Assembly: GCA_963666055.2 (NCBI GenBank)
Contig: CAXWPH010000014.1
Coordinates: 160,001-224,000, forward strand
DNA: 64,000 nt
Source of the DNA: Acidobacteriota bacterium
GTDB taxonomy: Bacteria; Acidobacteriota; UBA890; WLXD01
Reading direction: 5' to 3'
Positions 42,206 through 52,933 of the stretch are shown here, one piece after another. Below the pieces are notes generated by a model. It was not told the DNA's origin. It worked only from the letters and a program-made list of their open reading frames with translations, and searched no databases. A program made the translations under genes and the position numbers. The number at the start of each line of letters is the position of its first letter. Position 1 is the first letter of the stretch.

Positions 42206-42575
42206 GGATGTAGTCCGTACCGCGGTCGCAGCCCACCTCCACGGCAGTGATGCGATAGGCCTCGCCGCGGTTCTTACGCGCTAAGCCGTGCAACAACCAG
42301 CGGGCCACCTGCTCGGCGGTTGCCGAGTTCTTGCCGAGCTCGGGGTGCTCCTCCAGAGCGGTCCCGCGCAGCTCGTCGAGTAGTTCCTCCGTCTGCCCGC
42401 GCAGCTTGCGGAAGTCGACCACGATCGAGATTCGATCGAGCTCGGTTGATGAAGCCTGCACCACGACACGCCAATCGTGCTCATGCTCGGCAGCGCTGTT
42501 GCCGTCCGGTCCAACGCGATGGCGGGCGCGGAAGCTCGTCTCGATGCGTACGTCGAAGGTGGCTGCCCCGCTCAA
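42186..42575 (-). CDS. 6-pyruvoyl/6-carboxy-tetrahydropterin synthase family (QueD-like, divergent)
   Basis: FRARH, HEHDW, VVDF, TAE; TTG start overlaps the lapB stop. Confidence 0.75.
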   Translation of the reverse strand: MSGAATFDVRIETSFRARHRVGPDGNSAAEHEHDWRVVVQASSTELDRISIVVDFRKLRGQTEELLDELRGTALEEHPELGKNSATAEQVARWLLHGLARKNRGEAYRITAVEVGCDRGTDYILSAATG

Positions 42576-43744
42576 TCCTGACGCTCCTCTCCCATGGTCT
42601 CCCAGGCGTGACAGTGCGGACATCGCGCAAACAGCTCGGCGCTCTTGAACCGGCATTGGAAACAGACGTACGGATCGAGCAACCGGGCATCGTCGAGCGC
42701 CTCATCCAGCAACTCTATGAACTGCTCGATTCCCTCGCCTTCGAGGCGCAACAATTCCCATAATTGACGCTGTACCGCGAGCGACCCGGGCCGCTCGCTG
42801 AGCGCCGCCCGCAACGCCTCGCGAGCGCCGGCAAACTCCCGGCGTTCGGTCCGAACACGCGCTAGCTCCAGCCACGCTCGCCAGGCGCGAGGATCGCGCT
42901 CGAGGATCGCGTTGCAGGATCTCTCGAGAACAGCCTCATCGCCGAGCACTCGACAGGCGCGCCTCAGGACGACCATCGCCGCCAGCGCCCACGGCGGTCC
43001 CGCATGGATCGCTTGCTCGAGGTGATCTCGAGCCACTTCGGCACTGCCCTGCTCGAGCAGGCATGTGGCTAGCCCGATTCGAGCCGGTGCATAGTCGGGC
43101 CGCAGGTCAAGCGCGGCTTGAAAATGCACCGCCGCCGCCGCCGGGTCATCGGCCCCCACCGCCCTGCCCCACTCTGTCTGCAGAGCCGGGCGGAGGTCCG
43201 GTTCCGCGCCGCGCGTCATCGTCTGGATGCGCTGGTGAAAGCGCTGTGCCTCTTCCCAACGTCCACTCTCCTCGGCGATCTGCTGCAGTGCCGTCAGAGC
43301 CGCGAGGCTTTCCGGCTCGGCATCCACGACCTCCTGGAAGGTGCTGGCGGCACGATCGATCAAGCCGGCCCGCTTGAAGTCCATCGCCAGCGAGAACAGC
43401 ACTTGCGTGTGCTCCCACCGGGACTGGTTCGGCCGGTGCAGGAGACTGCGGTGAACATCGATGGCACGCTCAGTTTGCCCGCTTTCGCGCAGCAGGTTGC
43501 CAAGTGCGAGGTACGCCTCGAGAGCATCGGTCTCGTGTCGCACGGCCTGGGAGAGCTCGCGAATCGCCTGGTCCGGCTGGTGCGACACCAAGAAGTTCAG
43601 GCCAAGCAGGTAGTGAGGCCGAGCGCCGGAGCTCTGGGGCAGCACCCGCGGCGTCCGGAAACGTGCCCAGAGCTCACCGAGGAGCGCGCCGAACGCCAGC
43701 AGGGCCAGCGCAGCGCCAAGCGTCAGCGGCCAGTCACCCTGCAT
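42572..43744 (-). CDS. lapB: LPS assembly protein B-like (TM + TPRs + rubredoxin-like CxxC..CxxC)
   Basis: YLLGLNFL, LALGNLLRESGQTERAIDVH, DFKRAGLIDRA, YVCFQC...CPHCHAW; follows the kds genes. Confidence 0.82.
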   Translation of the reverse strand: MQGDWPLTLGAALALLAFGALLGELWARFRTPRVLPQSSGARPHYLLGLNFLVSHQPDQAIRELSQAVRHETDALEAYLALGNLLRESGQTERAIDVHRSLLHRPNQSRWEHTQVLFSLAMDFKRAGLIDRAASTFQEVVDAEPESLAALTALQQIAEESGRWEEAQRFHQRIQTMTRGAEPDLRPALQTEWGRAVGADDPAAAAVHFQAALDLRPDYAPARIGLATCLLEQGSAEVARDHLEQAIHAGPPWALAAMVVLRRACRVLGDEAVLERSCNAILERDPRAWRAWLELARVRTERREFAGAREALRAALSERPGSLAVQRQLWELLRLEGEGIEQFIELLDEALDDARLLDPYVCFQCRFKSAELFARCPHCHAWETMGEERQD

Positions 43745-43782
43745 GCGTTGCTTCTCCTGGACATTGGCGCGGTCTCACCAGC

Positions 43783-44361
43783 TCACGGCGCATCCGCATC
43801 GGCGCCGGGCACCACCGACTGGCGGCGAAGATAGTCTTGCAGCACGCTGCTCCAGAGATCGCGAGCGGTCACGGCGTCGTCCACCACCTCGCGCAAGGCG
43901 CCCCGTCCCCCAGCCACCGTCGTAACCCAGTCAGCCGCCTCGAGAATCCGCGGGTGTGCGTCGGCCACCGCAATACCGACACCGACGTGGCGCATCACCG
44001 CCAGATCAACCAGGTCATCCCCCAGGAAGGCTACCTGCGACGCCTCAAGCCCGAGCTGCGCCTGCATGTCCAGACAGGCTCCGACTTTGTCGAAGGCCCC
44101 CTGCCGGAGCTCGAGCACGGGCAACTCCGAGAAGCGTCGCGCCACGGCGGCCGATTCGCGTGCCGTGACCACCGCAATTTGCAGATCGATAACCGCAGCG
44201 ATATAGAAGGCGCTGCCATCGCGAACATGGAACGCCTTGGCTTCGCAGTCCGCTCCGGCATAGACGATCGAGCCGTCGGTCAGCACGCCATCGACGTCGG
44301 TAATGAGCAGACGGAGCTCGCGCAGGCGATCCTCGTACGCTTGCTTGGAGAGTCGCTGCAT
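43783..44361 (-). CDS. kdsC: KDO 8-phosphate phosphatase (HAD)
   Basis: DVDGVLTDG, FHVRDG, GDDLVD, GGRGALRE. Confidence 0.93.
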   Translation of the reverse strand: MQRLSKQAYEDRLRELRLLITDVDGVLTDGSIVYAGADCEAKAFHVRDGSAFYIAAVIDLQIAVVTARESAAVARRFSELPVLELRQGAFDKVGACLDMQAQLGLEASQVAFLGDDLVDLAVMRHVGVGIAVADAHPRILEAADWVTTVAGGRGALREVVDDAVTARDLWSSVLQDYLRRQSVVPGADADAP

Positions 44362-44624
44362 TAGCAAGCCGTGGTGGAAGTGTGGCGGGCCTGGTTACGG
44401 CGAGTCGGGGTCGGATGCAAGGCCACCTGACGCAGGCGACGCCCTGGCAGCAGGCCGTGGTGGAAGTGTGGTGAGTCTGGCAGGTGGCACCCACGGGCGA
44501 GGGCAAGAATCGACGACGAGGCGATGCTGGTGCGATCGTCGAGGAGGAAGGACGCCGCCATTCGCCCGCAACTCCCACTTGCCCGAGGGGTTACGCCCAT
44601 CACACTTTCACCTCGACCTGCTAG
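44361..44624. mobile_element. Nested MITE family A: left-half copy (44361-44447) plus a divergent inverted copy (44448-44624) at the kdsD stop
   Basis: Two GCCGTGGTGGAAGTGTGG ends (about 44368 and 44455); right end CACACTTTCACCTCGACCTGCTAG; the body resembles the reverse complement of 17068-17241. Confidence 0.82.
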
Positions 44625-45613
44625 ACCATCTGCGTACGCCACAGGTCGTGCAAGTGCACGACACCGACGGCGCGTCGATCGCCGCCGTCAACGACCAGCA
44701 CGGTAATCCTGCTCTCCTCCAGCACCCGCAGCGCCTCCGCAGCCAGGGCGTCGGCGTCAATCAGGACCGGATTCGGCGTCATGCAGTCGCGCGCCGAGCT
44801 GTCGGTGTCGATACCGCTCTGAACGATACGCCGAACGTCACCATCGGTGATGATGCCAACGACCCTACCGTCGGCCGACTCCACGAGCGTCATGCCGAGG
44901 CCCTTGGCGGTCATTTCCTCGATCGCCACGGCGAATGAAGCCGTCTCGCCGACGCGCGGCACCTGATCGCCGGTGTGCATTACCGTGCGCACGCGTAACA
45001 AACGACGTCCCAGCGATCCCTTCGGATGGAAACGGGCGAACTCGTCGACACCGAAGCCCCTCTCCTTGAGCAGCGCCATCGCCAGAGCATCGCCAAGCGC
45101 CAGAGCTGCCGTGGTCGACGCGGTCGGGGCGAGTCCCAGCGGGCACGCCTCGGCATCGACGTCGATGCACAGCACCACGTCCGCCTCACGAGCGATGATC
45201 GAATCAGGATCGCCGACCATGGCGATCAACCGCACGTTCAGGCGCCGAATCGCAGGCAGCAACGCGACGATCTCGCCGGTATCGCCACTGTGGCTCAGGG
45301 CGATGAACACATCACCGTCGACGAGCATACCCAGATCGCCGTGGCCGGCCTCCGCGGGGTGGAGAAAGAACGCCGGGCTGCCAGTCGATGCCAACGTGGC
45401 TGCGAGCTTTCTGGCAATGATGCCCGACTTGCCCATGCCCGAGCACACGACACGCGTATCGCATGCAAGCAGCACGTCCAACGCCCGACCTAGCGCCTCC
45501 TCGTCGAGCCCCTCCGCGAGCTTCTCCAACGCCCGAGCCTCGGTCTGCAATACTTGCCGCGCCATCTCCAACCCGGCGCGGCGGGCGGTCGTGCCAGTAC
45601 GTTCTGCGGTCAT
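44621..45613 (-). CDS. kdsD: Arabinose 5-phosphate isomerase (KpsF/GutQ; SIS + CBS)
   Basis: GMGKSGIIARK, HPAEAGHGDLG, EACPLGLAPTAST, FHPKGSLG. Confidence 0.95.
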   Translation of the reverse strand: MTAERTGTTARRAGLEMARQVLQTEARALEKLAEGLDEEALGRALDVLLACDTRVVCSGMGKSGIIARKLAATLASTGSPAFFLHPAEAGHGDLGMLVDGDVFIALSHSGDTGEIVALLPAIRRLNVRLIAMVGDPDSIIAREADVVLCIDVDAEACPLGLAPTASTTAALALGDALAMALLKERGFGVDEFARFHPKGSLGRRLLRVRTVMHTGDQVPRVGETASFAVAIEEMTAKGLGMTLVESADGRVVGIITDGDVRRIVQSGIDTDSSARDCMTPNPVLIDADALAAEALRVLEESRITVLVVDGGDRRAVGVVHLHDLWRTQMV

Positions 45614-46443
45614 CTCAGCAGGCCGTGGTCGCGGGCCGCGGCTTGGATCCTTATCAGCTTCTCGAGCAGCGGTTCGAGTCGTTCCAGTGGCAGCTGCGTG
45701 CTGGCATCGCTCAGTGCGGCCGGTGGGTTGTCGTGGACTTCCAGGAACAGGACATCGACTCCGGCCGCCACGCCCGCCGCCGCCAGCGGCTCGGCGAACT
45801 CGGGCTCTCCGCCGCTGCTCTCGCCTTGACCGGCCGGGAGCTGCAAGCTGTGCGTGACATCGAGAACTACGGGATAGCCGAGCCCGGCGAGATAGCTCAA
45901 GCCCTTGAAGTCGACAACGAGATTATTGTATCCGAACGATGTGCCGCGCTCGGTGACCAGCAACGCCTCATTGCCGGTGGACGCCGCCTTCTCGACAACC
46001 CTGCTCATATCCCAGGGCGCCAAAAACTGGCCTTTCTTCAAGTTGACCGGACGGCCGGTATGAGCCGCGGCGAGCACCAGGTCTGTCTGCCGGCACAGGA
46101 ACGCCGGAACTTGCAGGACATCAACGCACTCCGCCGCTGCGGCCGCTTGCGCCGGCTCGTGTACGTCGGTCAGCACCGGAAGGCCGACAGCATCGCGAAC
46201 GTCGGCGAGGATTCGCAGCCCCTCGTCAGGGCCAGGCCCGCGATACGAAGAAACCGACGTTCGGTTGCCCTTGTAGTAGGAAGCCTTGAACACGCACGGT
46301 GTCCGCGTTCGCCGGCTGATCTTGGCCACCGCCTCGGCCATACGGAGACAATGGTCGCGACTCTCGATGACGCAGGGGCCAGCGATCAGCCCGAGTTTGC
46401 CGTCGCCGAAGACTACGCCGTCGGCGACCGTCACCGCGCCCAT
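45610..46443 (-). CDS. kdsA: KDO 8-phosphate synthase
   Basis: IAGPCVIE, FKASYxKGNRTS, QVPAFLCRQTDL, KKGQF, ERGTSFGY, DVTHS. Confidence 0.96.
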   Translation of the reverse strand: MGAVTVADGVVFGDGKLGLIAGPCVIESRDHCLRMAEAVAKISRRTRTPCVFKASYYKGNRTSVSSYRGPGPDEGLRILADVRDAVGLPVLTDVHEPAQAAAAAECVDVLQVPAFLCRQTDLVLAAAHTGRPVNLKKGQFLAPWDMSRVVEKAASTGNEALLVTERGTSFGYNNLVVDFKGLSYLAGLGYPVVLDVTHSLQLPAGQGESSGGEPEFAEPLAAAGVAAGVDVLFLEVHDNPPAALSDASTQLPLERLEPLLEKLIRIQAAARDHGLLR

Positions 46444-46449
46444 GCCGCG

Positions 46450-48940
<2,491 letters not shown>

Positions 48941-48948
48941 AGCCTCTC

Positions 48949-49062
48949 CTAGCAGGCCGTGGTGGAAGTGTGGCGGGCCTGGTTGTGGCGAGTCGGGGCC
49001 GGATGGAAGGTGGCCTGACGCTGGCGATGCTCTAGTGGCCTGTAACAGATGATCGTTGCATA
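48949..49062. mobile_element. MITE family A left half (48949-49035) followed by a family-B-like end
   Basis: CTAGCAGGCCGTGGTGGAAGTGTGGCGGGCCTGGTT... stops at GGCGATGCTCTAG, then CTAGTGGCCTGTAACA, which resembles CTAGTGTCCTGA. Confidence 0.75.
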
Positions 49063-49106
49063 TCGTGGTGGAGTCGCGATGAAGGTACACCGACGCCCGA
49101 GGCCTC

Positions 49107-50033
49107 TCAATCCGCCGGCGGCACTCGCAGCGTCAGCGCCCCCGGCAGTACGGAAAAGCGACCCGGCAGGCGCCCCCGCACCTCGCCGTCGGTCTCGACC
49201 AGGGCATCGCCCTGGAGCGTCAAGTGCCGCCCGCGCGACACGCGGATGGCCGGATCCACCAGGCTGCCACCGCGCACCGCCTTGAGCAGCAAGCCGGGGA
49301 TCCTGGACACAGGTATGGCATCGATCAGCGCCATATGCAGAAACCCATCGTCGTGCCGAGCCTGCGGGCAGGGGCGCATCCCGCCACCGAACGAGGGTCC
49401 GTTGCAGATCGACACGTTGAGAAGGGCGGCGCGACCCGAGCCCGCATCACCGTCCCAGAGAAACTCGGTCCGCGCGCCGCGTACAAGCGCCGGAACGGCT
49501 GCCAGCACGTAGGCTGCGGCCCCGAATCGACGCAAGGTTGTCGAGCCACTCAACCGGTCAGCAACGACCGAGCCCAGCCCTGCGTTGGCATCGTTGATGA
49601 AATAGACACTCGTTCGGCGCTCCCCCTTCCCGCAGGACGACAATTCCGCCACCCCCACATCCAGCGACAGACGTTGGTAGCGAGACAGGGGGACCTCGAG
49701 AGCATCTTCCGCCGCGGCGAGATTGACAGACCTGGCCAGGTCGCAGCCTGTACCGAGTGGCAGACACGCCAGGTCCGGCAAGCCGTTCGTACCTGCTTTC
49801 AGCAGACCGTTTACAGTCTCGTGCAGCGTACCGTCGCCGCCAGCGACGACCACGAGCTCAGCCCCGTCGCGTCGCGCCTGTTCTGCAAGCGTCTCCGCAT
49901 GCCCCGGGCTGGAAGTCCAGCGTACTCGGCAGCCTGGCGCCCACACGTTCAGGCGAGGCCGCAGGCGTTCGAACGCGCGGCGTGCGGCACCACCTGCAGC
50001 AGCAGGGTTGGCGATCACCACTACCGACGACAT
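49107..50033 (-). CDS. Diacylglycerol/lipid kinase family protein (YegS/BmrU-like)
   Basis: NPAAAGG, AGGDGTLHE, PLGTGCDLAR, NGPSFGGGM, DDG, ETDGE. Confidence 0.9.
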   Translation of the reverse strand: MSSVVVIANPAAAGGAARRAFERLRPRLNVWAPGCRVRWTSSPGHAETLAEQARRDGAELVVVAGGDGTLHETVNGLLKAGTNGLPDLACLPLGTGCDLARSVNLAAAEDALEVPLSRYQRLSLDVGVAELSSCGKGERRTSVYFINDANAGLGSVVADRLSGSTTLRRFGAAAYVLAAVPALVRGARTEFLWDGDAGSGRAALLNVSICNGPSFGGGMRPCPQARHDDGFLHMALIDAIPVSRIPGLLLKAVRGGSLVDPAIRVSRGRHLTLQGDALVETDGEVRGRLPGRFSVLPGALTLRVPPAD

Positions 50034-50040
50034 GTCAGCA
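50024..50040 (+). repeat. att-like direct repeat, left copy
   Basis: CCGACGACATGTCAGCA; contains the ATG TCG TCG of the lipid-kinase gene on the minus strand. Confidence 0.85.
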
Positions 50041-50128
50041 GGGGGGCTCTGGTATCAAAGGGATTTTCGGTCCTCCAGCCGAGAAACGAATCACACTGAG
50101 CGCGCCATCCGCTTGGGTATGCAGGACG

Positions 50129-51232
50129 TCAGAGCACTCCTTGGCCTGCCCCAGCGCCGCGGCCGTCCGCCAGGCCGCCGGCAGCATTTCGGCCGAGTAG
50201 CCTTGGAAGTTGCACGATGAACCGTGTCGTTCGAGAGAGGCATTCCGCAAGCTGAAACGGCAACCTGGGAAGCTCGTTGAACGGCCCTCGCACGCCTACC
50301 GTGGCCAGAATCGGATTCGGCCAACGCAGGCCCAGAGCTCTCAGCGCTCCAGCGGGATGCCGGAGACAGAAGGCCATCGACGGGCTGATCATGTAATGTT
50401 CCGCTGCCCCCCATTGGCGCAGCACGGCGGGCAGCAGCCATCGGGGCAGGTGTCGTGTTCTCCAGGCCACGAGGGCGCCGTCGACGCGGGCGCCGAGAAG
50501 CTGGTGCGCCAGACCGATGGCGCAGGCAACCCAATCCGAGCTGCGTGGATCTCCGCTCAGGCAATGCTCCCAGTCGAAGTCCCCTGGCAGCCTCTCGAGC
50601 GCCGCCGCGATGTCGCACAGCCAGAGCGGTCGCCAAGCGCCATGGCGGAACATGTGCAGGCACAAGAGGCGAAGGTGGTCCTCCGGCCCCGGTATGCGCA
50701 CCTCCACCTCACCGAGGGGCAGCAGCCGCGAGCGATCGCAAAGCTCGTCCCAGCTACGGTCGAGGTATTTGACAAGACGGATTTCCCCGTGCAGGTCCAC
50801 CCGGAGCCGCTGGCCAGCGGGGCTCTCGAGGGCCGCTACTGCAGCCGCATGATCTCCCGCTCGAACCCACAGGTCGATGTCTGAGTAGGGGCGCAGGCCA
50901 CGCTCCGGATAGAGCCGCGCTGCCGCCCAGCCCTTGGCCAGCAGTGGCTCCACGCCGGTCGAGCTGAGGAGCGCGATGGCGCGCGCGATGCGGCGCTCGT
51001 GCAGCCCAGCCTGAAGCGTATGGCGGCGGTACGCCTGGCGAAGCTCGAGGGCGGAGGCGCAGGTCCGCAGGTCGGAATCGCGCACCCGCCACCAGCCCAA
51101 GCTCCCTGCTCCGGTCCACAGCAGCAACGGCGTGATCTCGGCCAGGGCGGCTGGCGACAGAGACAGCGGCGGCGGGGACCGGCGCCAGGTGCCGGCGAGG
51201 ACCGATGCAACCAGCTCACCGTTTGGCCCCAC
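50129..51232 (-). CDS. Nucleotidyltransferase family protein (NTP_transf_5-like)
   Basis: LLAKGWAAARLYPERGLRPYSDIDLWV, VDLH, HLRLLCLH, WLCD. Start uncertain; the ORF-track extension to 51475 overlaps the precursor gene. Confidence 0.85.
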   Translation of the reverse strand: MGPNGELVASVLAGTWRRSPPPLSLSPAALAEITPLLLWTGAGSLGWWRVRDSDLRTCASALELRQAYRRHTLQAGLHERRIARAIALLSSTGVEPLLAKGWAAARLYPERGLRPYSDIDLWVRAGDHAAAVAALESPAGQRLRVDLHGEIRLVKYLDRSWDELCDRSRLLPLGEVEVRIPGPEDHLRLLCLHMFRHGAWRPLWLCDIAAALERLPGDFDWEHCLSGDPRSSDWVACAIGLAHQLLGARVDGALVAWRTRHLPRWLLPAVLRQWGAAEHYMISPSMAFCLRHPAGALRALGLRWPNPILATVGVRGPFNELPRLPFQLAECLSRTTRFIVQLPRLLGRNAAGGLADGRGAGAGQGVL

Positions 51233-51293
51233 CTGCTGATCAGGCTGCGGACCGGACTGCCGTGATCTCAGCGTAGGCCCTTCGCCCCGTCGA

Positions 51294-51832
51294 TCATATA
51301 CAGCTCTCCTTTTCACTGCAATTGTTCCCGTTTTGCAAGCAACAATCCCCGGGTCTGTTAACGATGCACGTGCCGGGGCAAGGTGGAGAAAAAGCCTTGC
51401 ACTCTTCCTTAGTGATACACGATGCTTGCGCCGCCGCATGAGGGGCGACGATCGTCTCCACGACGGGCAGAGCAACTAGCGCCAGCCCCGCACCCAACCC
51501 CACGTTCGCATCGCCTGCCGCCGCGAGTAGCGTGCCTGAGGTGCTGGCAGGCGCACCGGCTCGGTGAGCAGGTGCGCCCTCCGCAGGCGCTCCAGCGCCA
51601 TCCAGACCAACACGTCGTTTGCTGGTATTTCCAATCCCTTCTCCAGCAGCGCGGCCAGCTCGGCGACGGTCGTTTGCCCATCGCAGTGCTGCCAGACCAG
51701 GGCAGCCGTCGGATTCAGACAGTGGGCCTTGTCGCGCTTCAAGTCGTATACCAGGGTTTCATCCGGCAACTCTTCTACCAGCAACCCCTCTTTCCTCGCC
51801 CTCGGCGTCGGATTGTTTGCGTTCCCCACCAT
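51294..51832 (-). CDS. PqqD/RRE domain fused to a twin-arginine leader and 8-Cys core peptide (candidate RiPP precursor); 1-nt frameshift near 51503
   Basis: LLVEELPDETLVYDLKRDKAHCLNPTAALVWQHCDG (PqqD-like); YSRRQAMRT/xGLGAGLALVALPVVETIVAPHAAAQAS followed by the Cys-rich tail; AAGGAGG SD; joins ORFs 51476-51865 and 51294-51503. Confidence 0.8.
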
Positions 51833-51869
51833 GACCTCCTTGCCTGCTCGCCGCTCCGCGCTCACGCGC

Positions 51870-52739
51870 TCAAGCAGCCCCTTGTGGGAGGCGCTCTGCC
51901 GGCACCGCGATCACGCGCTCTTCCAGTCGTCTCAACAAAGACTCGGCCATCTCCTCGGCCTCGCCGCGCACGCCCTTGAGAACCAGCGCGTCGGATACCG
52001 CCTTCCGCAGCCTGGTGATCGCGGCCCTCGGTCGCCGCCGAACCGGCACGGTGTGAGCCAGGAGCGCCAGCACGGCTCGCCCCGGGGTGACCTGTCGGGG
52101 TCGCCAGCGCGCCCCCTGCCGGTACTTCGTGACAACCACCGAGCCGACCGGGAGCGGTCCGACTCCGGGGTGACCGCCCAAGGCCTCGGGCGGGCACCTC
52201 TTGCCCCGCGCATCCTTCCCTTCCCGGATCGACAACGGTGTGGGGTAGGGATGCACGCGCCCGCGCCCGTCGAACACTGCGAACTCGTCGGAGTAGTAGG
52301 TGGCTCCGGCGCGGAGTAGCGCCGCCACCAGGGTTGTCTTGCCGCTGAAGCTACGGCCAGGGATGACGATGGCCCGGCCGTGCCAGCCGACCACCCCCGC
52401 ATGCACGAACAGCCTGCGTCGCGCCCGCTCCGCGATATAGAGCTGCAGGTCGGATTCGAGGTTGGAGAACACCGGATCGAGATCCATCGAGCGAGCGATT
52501 CGCGCTGAGTTCGCGTACAGCAAGTTGAAGTGGCGGACGTTGGGGCGCGACCCCTCGCCACCGACGATGAGGGAGTAGAGGCGGTCGACCTCGGGCGAAC
52601 CAGCGGGCTTCCAACCGGGCGGCAGCAGAGCGGGAAGCCGATCCATGGCCCCCGGAGCGTTCACCCGGACCCCGACTCGCAGCCCGTAGGCGACGAAGCA
52701 GGTCCCATCCGCCCACCCGAGGCGGTCGAGCTTCCGCAT
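51870..52739 (-). CDS. HPr kinase-related P-loop kinase
   Basis: LFVHAGVV, Walker A GRSFSGKTT, YYSDEFAV. Confidence 0.85.
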   Translation of the reverse strand: MRKLDRLGWADGTCFVAYGLRVGVRVNAPGAMDRLPALLPPGWKPAGSPEVDRLYSLIVGGEGSRPNVRHFNLLYANSARIARSMDLDPVFSNLESDLQLYIAERARRRLFVHAGVVGWHGRAIVIPGRSFSGKTTLVAALLRAGATYYSDEFAVFDGRGRVHPYPTPLSIREGKDARGKRCPPEALGGHPGVGPLPVGSVVVTKYRQGARWRPRQVTPGRAVLALLAHTVPVRRRPRAAITRLRKAVSDALVLKGVRGEAEEMAESLLRRLEERVIAVPAERLPQGAA

Positions 52740-52933
52740 TCAGGTGGAGGCCGGCTCGAGTTGAGGGTGCAACGAAGTTGACACGCGAGTCTCCGACGCA
52801 GTCTGAAGTAGACGATGAATATCTCAAGGTTAGCATAAAAGCGTAATTCTATGCGTTGCTGACCAGAGATTGCTCTGGAGTTCTTTGGACCTGCCAGGTT
52901 CCGGTACAGTACGTGACCCTTCAGAATCAGCGT

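Noticed and set aside
48941-49090. Long N-terminal extensions of KdsB (and GcvPA to 7157)
   Set aside because: They arise from read-through of MITE sequence; better starts lie just downstream of the element.
50129-52739. Lasso peptide or PQQ cluster
   Set aside because: No asparagine-synthetase-like cyclase, B2 peptidase or pqqBCE genes; the core does not look like a lasso core.
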